A DNA stretch of 64,000 nt. Origin: Callorhinchus milii. Lineage: Eukaryota. The stretch is taken from contig NW_024704743.1 of assembly GCF_018977255.1 (NCBI RefSeq), forward strand, positions 23,252,001 to 23,316,000, in the 5' to 3' direction. The translations under genes were made by a program, and so were the position numbers. Every line of letters starts with the position of its first letter. The first letter of the stretch is position 1. Below the pieces are notes generated by a model, which worked only from the letters and a program-made list of their open reading frames with translations, had not been told where the DNA came from and made no database searches. Positions 38,219 to 52,202 of the stretch are shown here, in pieces.

Positions 38219-39759
38219 TAGAGCTCTGAGGCAAAAGTGAAGCATATTTTTCATAGACAACCAACAGTCTTCATAAATAGCCTTAATTTGAGAAAATAGT
38301 TGAACACTAAAGTGTCCGTATCAAAACTGCATTCTGATACAGCCTTAGGCAGATCACTTCACTCACATTAGCATTTAGCTGCGCTGCAAATCTGCCTGAA
38401 TTGTGCTAATATTCAATGCATACAACATCCATGTGAGGCGTTTACATAATACAGCATAGACAAATCTAATATATATAAAATTTGCCCACAAATATACAGT
38501 CAATTCACTTTACAGTATATTCTGTGAAGCACTTTGAGACATCTAGAAGATGTGAAAAGTGCCATATCAAATGCAAGGATTATTATTACTTATTATTAGT
38601 AAAATGGGAACATTTTCTGCACCATATTTCACTGTCCAAAATAACCTGATAATACTACAGAGAACTTATAGAGCATTTATTCAGGTGAGTTGTTAAACTC
38701 ACATCACATAAGCAATTACATTATATGGCATCCTATCTCCAAACCACATTTCCTTCCGATCCTATATCACACTGTATTTATATTTTGCTTGTGTTCTCTG
38801 CTGAGCTCCTGAATCTGCTGACTCCCACTGGCTTACGGATACACAACTCCAGACTAGTCCTGTATTTGTCAGGAGAGGACATTATCCAGGGTTTCTGCAT
38901 TTGACATCTGTGCAGTAAATCTATTGGATTGTGCAGGAACGATGCCCCTCCATTGCTCTTCGCATCACATATTTCTAAATAGCTAAGAAAACAGCTTGCT
39001 TTTTCCCAGTACACTTTTGATCTGCCTCTGGGTGCTCACAAGCACATGATTGGATAGCATACAGAATGCTGGTGTGGCACCTGTGGAAACTGAACACCAG
39101 CAAGAATTCAGCATCTTTAAGGAAGAAGAAAGGAGAACATCGGAGGTGGTAAAACAACAACATGTACTGATTTATCACCTTTTAAATTTGGATAGCATGT
39201 CAATACGCTTTACAGGGTCGACCTGAGCCCCAAGCAAAGTGGAAAATCGCGGGAGGTGGGGGCGAGAGGGTTCGAAAGAAGAAGAGGTATGTATTTAGAA
39301 GGGGTTTGCTGACGGTGGTTCAAATAGGATAACATCTCGATTTGTTTTAAAGGGATGACGTGGAATCCCAAGCAAAGGACAAAATCTCTACTTTACAGTA
39401 AATCCTGTGACACGTCCTTCTGACGTGAAAGCTGCTCTATCAAATGTAAGGATTATTACAACAACAACTTGCATTTATATAGGGCCCCTCACGCTGGGTA
39501 GCGTCCTGGAGCTCTTGATTATTATTATTATTATCTTGTGACTAAGCTGTAGCAATAGCGGAACAGCTCAAAACCAAACAGGTCACCAGTTTTACTGAGG
39601 CCAACAGGCTGCACACACTCGTGTGACCCACAATTCTGTGAAGCGCTTTGAGACATCCCCCTGACATTACCTTATTCCTCAGCTCCTTTGTTAGGCACTC
39701 GATAAGACCAGAAAGTGAAATGGGAAAATGATAGTTGCAGTTTAATAAAGATGCTCTTG

Positions 39760-39812
39760 GAGAGAGAGAGAGAAAGAGAGAAAGAGAGAGAGAGAGAGTG
39801 ATAGAGGGAGAG
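39760..39812. repeat. (GA)n microsatellite
   Basis: Read directly from the sequence. Confidence 0.9.
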
Positions 39813-40350
39813 AAATGTATTTCACCTGATGGTGGTCAGAAAGGATGTTGCCTGTTACATTATGGGCTTTCCACTTTTAATTGAAACAGTGTCTGAGTAC
39901 TTGACTTCCCCTGTGGATACAGAGAAGGATTCCACTGAAAGCAAATGTAATGACATTTATCATACTCGCTGTTCATGTTGACGCTTTGCTTTCTAATTGT
40001 TAAAGCCCACAGTGACGCTAAGCTGTTTTTGCATTTGCCTTTCTCACTGTATCAACAGGCTTTTAAAACCCATAAACTGAAAGCTTGCTCCCCAACCATT
40101 CCAGTTATACAATGCTTCCAGTGCTAACTTTGGATGGAGCGACCCAACAGCACATACAGCTGGTGTCACAAATATTATCACAGCGGATTAGTCTTTATTA
40201 CTTCTGAGGGTCTCTTTAAGGTCAGCACTGCGAAGCCTGGGAAATCTCTGGAGCTTCAATATCTGTTGAACTGCAGATGCGAGAAGGGATGATTGCGACC
40301 AAAAGCAATAAACAGTGACTCAAAAAACAGAGATTATTTCGAAATATAAA

Positions 40351-40640
40351 AATAATAATCCTTGCATTTGATATAGTGCTTTACACGTCTTCTAAACATC
40401 ACAAAGCCCTTCACAGAATATACTGTAAAGTGAATTGACTGTATATTTGTGGGCGAAACCCGGCAGCCAATTGCACACAGCAGTGTCCCACAAACAGTCG
40501 TGGAATGAGGTGACCAATTTATTATTGTTTTGTTTTCTTAAGGGATTATTATCAGGCGTGTGGTGTAAGGAACAAGGTTTTGCTCTGCTGGGTCTCTCGC
40601 TTGCGAGGCGAGCGCTCTAATCACTGAGCTACAGGACTCC
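40351..40640 (-). mobile_element. Young tRNA SINE
   Basis: Reverse-complement family copy with small internal deletions. Confidence 0.85.
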
Positions 40641-41625
40641 ATTAAACATGTCCACCGAGCAAATTTCAGCATTTCTTGATTTTATCAGCAGTTATTCTTG
40701 AAAAAGGATGATGTGATAAAGCTCACTGCTGTTAAGAACAAAGCTAAGTAGCAGGAATAAAACCATCCCCAAAGAACTGCTGAAACTACTTTCTTACTTG
40801 CCCGGAACATGCAAATCAAAGTGTGATCAGTTTGCACTTCCCACAAAAACAACCTTCCTTTTTAAAATGTAGAGCAGAACTTCTGCCTTTGCGAATTGAG
40901 GAAGATCTGTAAGCAATCGTATGTAAGGAATATGACAGGAGAGAGTTGGAGTAGATTAATAATAATAATCCTTGCATTTGATATACATTAAAACCCTCGC
41001 TGGCAATGGGGAGAGATCCGATCTGGTGATTCGGAATTCTTGACTAAGTGTAATTATAATGCCATTACTGGCATTTGCTGGCATTTGCTGGCTGGTTTCA
41101 ATGCCAAAAAATGCCACTGGAACTATAATTGTTTTAAACCTGCCAGGCGAAGATAAAGAATCTGCTCACAGGATTCAAACTAAGTAATGTTGATATCCCT
41201 GGCCACTGGAGACCAGAAAGCATGGTGATCGGTGGTGCGCTAGGAGAGTTGGGCCGGATGGAGTCTATACGTGGGTTCCCAGAGTTAGCTTTTCTGTTTC
41301 AGGCCCAGTCCGACTAGGTAGGAATTCTGGATTCCCGTAGTCCAGTAAGACAGGGATTTACTATAGTGCCTTCATGTCAGGAGGATGTCTCAAAGGATAC
41401 ATACTGTAAAGTGCATTGACTGTATTTTATAGGCAAGGAGATTGTATATGACTTAGACAGTGGATTCTGCGTTGGAGAAGCAGGATTGATGACCAAAGAG
41501 CCTTTGCTTATTCCATGCTTTTTTATGTTCTTTTCCTCCTTTCCATTCTCATCTTTTTCTCTAGAAGCTACTCCTCATATGTGAGCCAAGGCAGTGAATA
41601 TCGCTCAGGTATTTAACAATAGGGA

Positions 41626-42062
41626 ACAACAACAACAACAAAATTTAATTTTTGAGCGCCTTTCACGTCAGGAGCACATCCCAAGGTGCTGGACAGGCAG
41701 GGGTCAGGACCCGAGCATGGGGGGTAGGGGTGAGGGAAGGCAGAGAGGTGGGAGGGCGACTGAAGGCCTGATCGAAGAGGGGGTCTTGAGCCCGGCCTTG
41801 AAGGAGGCAAGGGAGGAAGCGAGGTGAAGTTCGTGGGATGGAGTTCCAGAGTATGGGGGCAGAGAGGCTGAAAGCATGATGGTAGGGCGAGTCGGGCGGG
41901 AGACATGGAGCAGACCAGAGCCCGCTGAACAGAGGGAGCCAGCAGGTTGGTAGGGAGTCAGCAGGTCAGAGAGGTAGGAGGTGGCAAGGCCATAGATGGC
42001 CTTGAAAGTGAGGACAAGGATCTTGAATTCGATCTTCTGAGGGATGGGGAGCCAGTGGGAGT
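41626..42062 (-). mobile_element. L2 3' fragment
   Basis: HWLPIPQKIEFKILVLTFKAIYGLATSYLSDLL; (GTT)n tail. Confidence 0.88.
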
Positions 42063-42697
42063 GATCAACATCATCACATCTGAGTCCGGTCCAGCCTTCA
42101 GCCCAAATCATACATTTCTATTAGGTGCTTGGGGATGCTGATCAGCAGTTGGATGATGATCTGCTCCTGAGGACACTTAGCCTTATTGCAGAGTGCACCC
42201 CCATCCCACCCCCTCCCATGCCACAACCCATGGCCAAACTGAGACCCATGATCCAATCTGCAATCTTGGACTTTACATGTCTATATGCCTCTGTTTCAAA
42301 CAAGGCAGTTGTTTTGTGTGCCTCCAACTTACGCTTCAATCCCCACTTTCATTGCTTGCTTCAGGTCTTACCTCTTCTGGTCTTCTTTCCAACCCCCTTC
42401 CCCCCATTTCCCACCTTCAGCTTCCCCCAGCTCGGATGCTCAGCCAGCTGTTTGACGGTACTATTTAAATGTACATAGCAATAATAAATAATAAACCTTA
42501 CACTTGGTAAATGTTGTATTGAACAGTATTTATCAAGTGAGCTATCAGGATTGTTATTATCATTAGTTATCAGAGCTATTAGGTTCTTCCTCAATTTCAC
42601 AATGTTATATAAATGTTATAGAAATGTTCACATCGCCACACAGTTATTATGTATGTATACATATCTGAACATCTCTGGGTAAACATTAATGTGTGAG

Positions 42698-43232
42698 CCT
42701 GTCTAAGTTTGTAACACTCTTGCTTCTGAGTCAGAAGGTGTGAATTCAAGTGGAGGAATTGTCTTCGAACTCATATAATCTAAACTGGATGTCCTCTGAC
42801 ATGAAAGGTGCTCTACAAATCTAATTTGTTATTGTTGATATTCAAATGCATTGCTGGGGAATGCTGCATTGTAGGAGGTGCTATCCTTCAGACAAGATAT
42901 TAAACCAAGGTCCCGTCTACCTGTCCAAGTAGACGTTAAGCACTCCGGGATGCTACCCCGCATGAAGGTCACTAATATAAATGCAAGTTGTTGTTGTTGT
43001 TGAAGATCTCAGGACTATTTGAAAAGAGAAGGTAGTTTGTCTTGGTGTCCTGGCCAACAATCTCCCAGATTAAATTCACTTCATGACAGTTTGTGGGATA
43101 TTGCGGTGCAAATCGGCTGCAACGTTCACCCACAAAACATAGTCACTACATTTTACGGTACATCCTGTGCAGCGCTTTGAGACACCTCAATGATGTGATA
43201 AGGTGCTATATCAAATACAATAATTATTATTA
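42698..43232 (+). mobile_element. Old SacSINE1-like SINE carrying two short L2-tail insertions
   Basis: Same head and core. L2 tails interrupt at ~42788-42837 and ~42940-43002. Confidence 0.7.
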
Positions 43233-43671
43233 TTGGAAGCATTTAAAGTAGTTAACCATTTCCCTTGCCCACACATCTCATTTTGTTTATTAAGTCCTTC
43301 CACAATTCTTAATAAATGAATAAAGTCCATCTGTTCATTGCTCCTGTATCAGTTTGACTCTGTTAGTAGCATTCTTCCCTCTAATCCTGAAGTTTGTGGG
43401 TTTAAGGATTAATGTCAACAATAATAATCCTTATATTTGATATAGCACCTTGAGACCTCTCAAAATATACTGTAAAGTGATTTTGACTGTGTGTTTTGTG
43501 GATATGATAAGGCTTTAATATCAAATGCAAGACTTATTATTATTATCTGAATGCATAGTCTAAATTGACATTACAGTACAGTGCTGGGGGTGTGGCTGCA
43601 TTTCAGGAATACCGCCTTTTGATGAGGCATTAACCCAAGGCTCTGTCTGCCTATTCAGGTGGATGTACCAG

Positions 43672-44240
43672 TACCAACTCCAAGTTCACCGATGTTCTAT
43701 CAGCTTGTCCAGCAGACATCAGGGCCTGGATGTGTGCAAACTTCCTGCAGCTGAATATAGACAAGATGGAAGCCATTCTCCTTGGCTCGCGTCAATGTCT
43801 TCCCTCCTGCGGATCTGAACTCCTCAACCTCTCCCTCACACTCACCGAAATAGTGCGCAATCTAGGCATTCGGTTTGGTTTGACCCCCAACTGTCCTTCC
43901 TCTCCCACACCGGCCCCTGACCAGGACCGTCTTTTTCCACCTCTGCCACATTGCCCCCCACCGATCCTATCTTACCCCAAATGCAGCCAAAACCCTCGTG
44001 CATGCCTTTGTCACCTCCCACCTGGATTACTCAAATGCACTCCTCGCCGGTCTCCCCAGATCCACTATTCAAAAGATCCAGTTCATTCAGAACTCTGCCG
44101 CCCGAATACTGACCTGGACCAAACACCGTACCCACATCTCACCAGTTCTGGCGAGGCTCCACTGGCTCCCCACCACTGAACAGATCAACTTCAAAATCCC
44201 CACACTTATATTGGCTATATAAGTGCAAGTTGGTGGTGTT
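43672..44240 (+). mobile_element. L2 fragment with internal deletion
   Basis: NFLQLNIDKMEA, LDYSNALLAGLP..QNSAARIL..LHWLP, followed directly by the ATAAGTGCAAGTTG tail. Confidence 0.88.
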
Positions 44241-44689
44241 CTCGGTATGGCATAATTAATTAAAAAGGAGGACATTTTTGAAACAATCATCCATATTAAT
44301 TGATCATTCATCTCATGCATTTTGCTGGGATCTTGCTAGTATAAATGGCTGCTTTGTTTGCCTCCCAGAAAAAAAAACAGCCTGTACACTTGACAGTACA
44401 GTAATTACTTGTGGATCTGATTTGACATCATAATGTGTCATAAAAATGCAAGTTCTTTCTTGTTCCTGTAATCTGCCTCTTGTGGGCATCTACATCACAA
44501 AGGCTTCATGTCTCTGACATAATAGTTTATTCCTATTCCAATCTTTCACAATCTAAGGCACTTTTAAAGGTTTTGCAGAAACTTTTAGAATTACAGCGTA
44601 CTGTTCCTCTTTTTTTGCTGGGATTTTTTTTTCTAACTTCCAGTATTGTTGATCCATTTCCTAACACATTTCATGTAGGAATTTTCTCT

Positions 44690-44912
44690 TTGACCGTGCC
44701 TTCAGCTCCCCTCTCGACTCTCTTCCCCCTCCTCGCTCCCTCCCTTCCCTCCCCTCACCCTGACCATTTCCCCCCTCCTTGCTCCCTCCCTTCCCTCACC
44801 CTGACCATTTCCCCCCTGCTCGGGTCATGACCCAACTGTGCAGCGCCTTGGGACGTCCTCCTGACGTGAAAGGCGCTTTATAAATGGAATCTTGTTGTTG
44901 TTGTTGTTGTTG
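44690..44912 (+). mobile_element. Young L2 3' end with internal tandem duplication
   Basis: GGGACGTCCTCCTGACGTGAAAGGCGCTTTATAAATGGAATC(TTG)n; the CCCTCACCCTGACCATTTCCCCC unit is duplicated. Confidence 0.8.
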
Positions 44913-45320
44913 ATGTATGTCTGCATTCATGTAGAGAGTACTTACACAGCACCTTCTGTAGAATGAACATGTTAAAGTCCTTCACAAATTTGACAGGGAG
45001 CACAGAGCAAGGAAAAGGGAGAATTAAGGATATTGACCAAAAATATGCTTAAGGTAGGATTTGGAGCCAGGAAGAGAGGAAAAGAGGTTTTGGACAAGAG
45101 TTCCAAAGGACAGGGGTGTAGTGATGTATGGCACAGCCACCAATAGTGGGAAGAAGTGAGTGAAAAACAAGCAGTAAGTCAGAATTGGAGGAGCAGAAGG
45201 CACGGGATTGGTTGCAAAGGTAGGGATGACTGTGAAAGATTAACAATAACAACTTCCATTTATATAGTGCCCTTCACACAGACAGCGTCCCAGAGCAAAT
45301 AGAAGCTAATTAAAAAAAAA

Positions 45321-47185
45321 GGCAAAATACTACAGTTGCCGGAAATCTAAAATAAAAACAAGTTGCTGAGAACACTCAACAGGTCAGGCAGCATCGGTGG
45401 AGAGGAAAGTGTTTTAATGTTTCCAACTGATGACCTTTCGTCAGAACTGTGAGATGCTGGAAGGGAGCAGATTATAAGGACATGCAGAGAAGGGGTCGGG
45501 GAAAGAAAGACAAAGGGAAAACTTTGTGTGTTTTATGACACATTATGATGTCAAATCAGATCCACAAGTAATTACTGTACTGTCAAGTGTACAGGCTGTT
45601 TTTTTTGGGGGCAAACAAAGCAGCCATTTATACCGGCAAGATCCCAGGAAAATGCATGAGATGAATGATCAATTAATATGGATGATTGTTTCAGAAACTT
45701 CCTCCTTTTTAATTAATTATGCCATATCGGGGACAGGAGATTATGACAGCAGAAGTGTTGATGATGCAAGACAAAAGAAGGCAATAGTAGGAGATTGTAG
45801 AAAGAAAAGATGTGTCTGAGATCCAGAGGATGTGTGAATGGTTATAGAAGAGGGGGATGGGGAAGGTCCCCCTCTTCTAAAACCATTCACACATCCCTGA
45901 GAGAAGATGGGATGTGTGTTTAAGATCTGAAGAGGTTAAAATCAATATTGAGGCCAGAGGTACCTAGGAGGTAGATGAAGGCTGCAAATTGCTTTGGAGG
46001 TAGATTAAGTGCTGTTCTTTGAGCTTACGTTGTGCTTCATGGGAACAGGGTAAGAAGCCGTGGGCAGAGAGATCAGAGTGGGAGTGGGAAGGAGAATTTA
46101 AATGGCAAGCGACTGGAAGCCCTGGGTTGCCTTGCAGATGGAACAGAGGTGTTCGGCAAGGCGATCACCCAACCTGCGTTTGGTCTCCCCGATGTAGAGG
46201 AGACCACATTGTGAGCAGAGAATACAGTATACTACACTGGTGAAATTACATAGAAATCGCTGTCTCACCCGGAAGCAATGTTTAGGGCCTGGACAGTGGC
46301 ATTGGAGGAGGTAAACAGTGTTGCCTCTCTTGCGCTGGCATGGGAAGGTGCTGGGGTAAGTAGAACAGGTGTTAGTGGTGATTGAGGAGAGGACCAGGGA
46401 GTCACAGAGCGAGCAGTCTCTTCAGAATGCTGAGAGGGGAAGAAAAAATGTGTTTTGTTGTGCGATCACCCTGGAGTTGGCGGAAATAGCGGAGGATTGT
46501 CTGTTGAACGTGGAAGCTGGTGAGGTGGAAGGTGAGGACTAAGGAGATCTTATCATGGTACTGGGAGGGATGGGGAAATGGTGAGGGCAAGCGTGTGGGA
46601 AATAGGACGGATACGGTCAAGGCTCTGTCTACCATGGTGGATGGGAATCCTGGAGGACATTTCAGAAGCTCTGATATGGAAGGTGCCAGTGTCAGAGCAG
46701 GTGCGGCAGAGGTGGAGAAACTGGGAGAAGGGAATGGAGTCCTTATGGGACTCCAGTCCAGTAAGGGTGGGAAGAAGTTTATTCAAGGTAGCTGTGGGAG
46801 TTGGTTGGCTTATAATAAATGTCTGTGGATAGTCTATGCCCTGAGACGGAGATAGAGAAGTTGAGGAAGGGAAGGGAAGAGTCAGAGATTGACCGTGTGA
46901 AAGTAAGGGAGGGGTGGAAGCTGGAAGCAAAATTAATGAAGTTTTCCAGCTCAGGGCAAGAGCAGCACCAACAGTCATCAATGTACCAGAAGAATAGGTC
47001 AGGGAGGGGACCTGAGTAGAACTCGAACAAACAATGATCAATGTATCCTACAAAAAGGCAGGAATAGCTAGAACTCATGTGAGTTTCCATAGCGACACCT
47101 TTTATTTGCAGGAAGTGAGTGAAGATAAAAGAAAAATTGTTCAATGTGAGAACAATTCAGCCAGGTGGAGGAGGGTGATGGTGGA
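45321..47185 (-). mobile_element. Penelope-like element (RT + GIY-YIG endonuclease + 3' terminal region), 5'-truncated and decayed
   Basis: FLQIKGVAMETHM..SY.CLFVG..LFFWYIDD and TDIYYKPT (PLE RT); VVYCILCSQCGLLYIGETKRRLGDRLAEH at ~46136-46245 (GIY-YIG). Confidence 0.9.
45412..45448 (-). ncRNA. Degenerate hammerhead ribozyme motif in the PLE
   Basis: Minus strand reads AGTT-CTGACGA-AAGGTC-ATC-AGTTG-GAAA-CA-TT-AAAA; stem II is broken. Confidence 0.5.
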
Positions 47186-48754
47186 TGGAGACTGGTTGGG
47201 CCGCTAAAGCTAGTTAGAATTTAGACTATAATAGGTTTAAATCACCACGTGAGATTGTTTTCTGCATTCACTAAATACAATTCACTAAAGCTCCGGGAAC
47301 TACAGTGTATAACAGTGGGGTACGTCTTTAACTCTGGAGCATAATTTAGAATCTGGCTCCTATTGATGAAATGAAAGACTGTAATTTTTATTGGCTATAA
47401 ACTTTCTGTGCAGAATGAATTGCTGGGGTGGGGGGGGGCAGGCCTAACCCAGTGCTAAGTGGGCACTAGTCCACTGCTCCAAACTACCCTAGAATTGGCA
47501 ATAACAGTCAGTCAGTCAGAGAAAGGTGATATGGAGAAAGGAGCAATTCACACAAGTGCAGAAAGGGATGCCTTTGTGAAGGGTTGGTTCACAGTACATG
47601 TTCAGTCAGAGTCCAGGCAGCATTGCACCACGTCTCGCTGCATGGCTAGACGCTGACATTGGAATGTAGCCGTGCTATTCCTCACCTTAATGAGAAAAAG
47701 CCACTTGAAGTGTAGTATGATTTATAAAGATCAATGGATAGATAAGATGGTACTGCAAAAGAAGAAGGAAACTCATCCATGAGCACTATTCAAGCGAAGC
47801 AATTGATCTGCAACAGGAGGTGCACTGTTCCAATGAAGGAGGGAGAATCCTATCAGTGATTGTTAATGAAACCAAATTAAAAATCAACCTTAGCAACTAA
47901 GTAGTGCTCTTTGGAAAATAATTGGCTGTGAGGTGAGGTGCTCTAGGACAGCTCTGCCTGTGGATGAGGTAGTTTTTCTCCTGCCTGTGGGATTTTTTTC
48001 ACAATGAACCGCTATTCTTGATGGAAGTGGTGCTGAAGTTATGCAATTGTGTGCATCTATCTAGAAGAATTTATCATGAATAATTATGTCATGTCTAAGA
48101 ATGTAGAAGGTCAATAAAAAAATAATAGTTACATTAGACATAAAACCTTACCATATTGAAATGTCTAAAAGTGCTTCATGTACAATGAATTACTAGAGTC
48201 AAAAGCAACACTGACCTGCACCAGTAACATTCCGCTCAAAGCAATTAATAAACTAATAATAATCCTTACATTTGCAATAGCATCTTTCACATCAGGAGGA
48301 CATCTCAAAGTGCTACAAAAGATACACTGCAAAGTCTAGTGACTGTGTGTTTTGTTTTGTGGCGAATGCTGAATGGCCAACTTCATTTGTTATTGGATGA
48401 GGGAGAAATATTTTCCAGCACACAAAGAGAGCCAATGCTGTTGAATCTTTAAAATCCACACGAGTAACCAAAATAAGCAGAGGGAAACTTGTTTTACTGT
48501 TTCGTCTGAAGCAAAGCACCTGCAAGTGCAGCATTCCATGAATACTCCACTGGAGTCTCAGCCGAGATTATAAACTCAAATCATGATGTGCAGCTCGATT
48601 CCAGAATATTCTAATCCAGGAACGTTATTGTAACCAACTGAGCCAAACGGATGTAAGATAAAATTAAACACCTCTTAGCAACTTTTAGTAAGCAAGTGTA
48701 ATAACGGTCATGCATGTCTTTTAAGGATATAAACTAAAACTTCTCTCACCTGAC

Positions 48755-49265
48755 GAAGACAGACTGTCATTATGCTCCATGGCAGTTTCAATCGTACAGT
48801 TCCTGAGCCATGTGGGTCCACAGTACTCCAGGGACTGCTGATGACAGACAAGCCAGCCTAGCTTTTTGGCAGGATTTGGAGGGGCACAAGAGGCAGGGAT
48901 TCTTCCCACTTAACTCCCATTAACCCTGCAAGCCAAAGCTCTTATGAGTAGGGTAGTCCAGCTGAGCAAAGCAGTGGGAAAGCTTGCCAGGCAATGCTTC
49001 AATGGTAACCGATGCGATTTTAGCTGGTTAAAATCCAGCAGTATCTCAACCACATTCTGGGATCTCCAAGCCTTCAAGCCTTGGCTCTTGGCAACCTGCG
49101 CCTAATACTCTCCAGAATTAGGTGAGCAGGATGCATTGATCCAAGGCGAGAATGTGCATTCCACTCCAGACACATGCGTGGGTAGCACACATATATGGAC
49201 CTCTTAGTCTGATTTGGATAAACATAAGTATGGTGTTGGATTTCTATACGTATCAGACACCCGTC
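48755..49265 (+). repeat. Unclassified interspersed repeat (copy B)
   Basis: Colinear with 54580-55095. Confidence 0.75.
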
Positions 49266-52202
49266 TTCCTGTATACCTGGAATAGGCACTTTACATTAAA
49301 AGCGGCGTCAAGTTCATCTCTTTCTGCATATTTTTTGTGACAAGATGGCTCTTGTAAGCATCAGCAAAATGAAACTCCAGTGAACAGCAGCAGTAATGTG
49401 TGTGCTACAGTATGTGAATCTTGCAAGGTCACAGTAAGGCTGGGGAAAGATGTGGGGCCACAGTGCTTTGTGGTTGGTGATTATATTCACATCATGTACG
49501 GCATTTTCTCCTCCCCCCTTCCAATATTTTTTTGCACAGATGGCAATAAACAACCGTGACAAGTTACCAAGAAAGGCAGTAGAGGCTAAAACACTGGACA
49601 CAGTTAAGAACTGGAGCCTCATTATAACATAGTGGTTGGATCAATAAAATCGCAACTAGGGCTATAACAAGGCCGTGATAGCTGGTTGTAACACATGTGG
49701 TTAGCTAACTGATGCGCAGGAAGTGAGCCAATCAATTACTGCTCTAAAAAAGTCTGACTCTGGAGTAATGAAGTCACCAGAGACATCACACACAAAGCAG
49801 GAATTGACATCAGTGACAATCTGATGACCGGAGCAAATGGGTCAGCTGTGCACATGTCCAGTGGATGTCATCCACACTGGATTACTGATACTAATACTTA
49901 TCATTGCATTTGATATAGCGCCTTATCACGTCTTCGAGACATCTTAAAGCGCTTCACAGAATATACTGTAAAGTGAATTGACTGTATATTTTGTGGGCGA
50001 AACTCACACTAAATATATTATTGTAATTGGGATTACCACAATAACAACAACAACTTGCATTTATATGCCGTCCTCCAGGGTAGCATCTTGAAGTTGAGTA
50101 GAACCAAATCAATGCTATAATGAAGCAAGATTTAAGAGGGTCCACACTGCAGGTTGAAGATGATAGAACTGTTAATCTGAAATGGTGACAATAAATGAGT
50201 TGAAGGGTTTTCTTAAATCAAATCTCTAAAGTGATCACATAATAATAATGCCTTGATGATCCATCAACTATCAATTTATGGACTTTGAAAAAGTTGTACA
50301 TTCATCAGCTGACATTAAGCTTTACATCCACTAATTCTAAACCCAGAAAGTTTCACTGCTCTGCCAACGAGTTGAACAAGTGGGGAGAAATGCAAGGGAG
50401 GTAGCTAATGCTAAGCAATGGCACTTTCAATTCTGTATGCCTATCCCCGCACAAATGAAGCTTATGAATAACTGTCTGCCATCCATGAAAAATACAGCAG
50501 ACATCTTCAGTAACAGTTATAGACGAAAAAAAATATTCGAAACAATAGCACTTAAAAATCTATTAAATGTGCATCGATCACCAGTTCTCTCTCTGTGCAA
50601 GTCATTTGAAAATGAGCAGAAATTGCACGCTTTCTCCGCTAAGTATAGATTACAATTGTCTGTGCATGCTATCACTCAACAATCACAAGCACAGATGGGG
50701 GAACATCACTAATACACAGAAATTGCCTCAAGCATGCCGTATGATCAACAAAATCCCAAATCCAATAAATACTTTCCTCCACACCAATTCATCTTTATTC
50801 TCTCTGCATACATGCACACCAATTGTGCAAAGTTCTATTTAAAATCAGTGAATGGCAGAAAAGATTTGGCATTGCATCAGTAACAAGGCCATCCTAGATT
50901 TGTACAGGAACACAAATAAGCATAAGGATTTTCTGATGAAAGTTTAAATTGTGAATAAATTGTTCAGAAGAGTGATATTTTTTCAAGGTTTCAGATGACA
51001 GGATAGCAGTGTATTAGAGTGCTAGGGCATAGTTTTGTTCTTGCTTAAACAATTTCTTATTCTTGCTCATATTTATAATATTAATAAATCATAAAAAACA
51101 GGAATCCTTATGTTTGATATATAAGGAATATTATTTTTATTATTTATTTCACAAGATAAACTGTAAAGTGTAGTGACTGTGTGTTTTGTAGGTGTGTTTT
51201 CTAAGTAGCAACCAGCACGCAGCATGGCCATACCAGAAGGTGGAGAGAATTGTAGTACCAATCACTTGAAGCCATTTGTATCTATGCCAAAGCTGACTGA
51301 ATTGCTTTTTGGGATTTGGTTTGAAGTTCCAGGTGAGTTACAAGTTAATTTAAGGCAAATTGAAAGGAATGTTTTTATTATCACTTTTTCCAAGGACTGG
51401 TTATACACATTTGTTGATAGAGATACACTTTGACTCATTGCTTTGACTCTCGTTCAGCTCTGCTGGGTTTCAATGAAACTGCCCATTTAATAGTCTCCCG
51501 CTTCATTTTACAAATACATAAGCCTGCCTCCTGGCCTAATTGTGGACGTGCTATTCGAAGCTTGTGTCAGATGAGGGGATCAGACCAGGCATACACTTAG
51601 TGTATTAAAAGCGTACACATCATAGATTGTCTCCCACAGACATAAACGTGCAATTGATTTTAAAAATGTTAAACCTATAAACCAATACACCAGTATTTCT
51701 GAATGCGAGGTAGTTTGGGGGCTTCTATACACTGATCAGAATGAGCAACAAACAGAATAAATACTTCCACGCCTTCAAGGTTCTTCCTTAAGAAACAGAA
51801 TAGAATAACTGTATTGTAATACGCTTGCACTGCTGGAGCAGGAATGAAACATGGGGTTCTCTCTCCTGCTATGTGGGGCATGGAGCCATTAGTCAGGAGC
51901 AGCAGCATGAGGCTGCCTGCTCCAGGAGATTCACTGGAGGACTGGAGGTCAATGGCAGCTCAGTGCCCTCTGAAAAGGCAGGAATAGCGCTCTCCGAATA
52001 AAAGTAAACCAGACTCCCCCAAAAAAGGTAAGCATGTAGTTCTTGGGAGGGTTATATAAGAGGTATTCCTGCACGAGAGAGCTGGGAGACTCACCTCAAT
52101 ACATGTGTAAAATTACACTGCCAGTCAGCCTGCATCACTGCTCAGTCCAGCCTCAGACTGAACGCACACTCAACTATCTGTTTCGGGTAACTTAACAGTT
52201 TA

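Noticed and set aside
51224..51338. ATG-initiated frame ending at a strong CAG|GTGAGT donor
   Set aside because: It is isolated, has no partner exon or recognisable peptide, and sits next to a decayed SINE tail.
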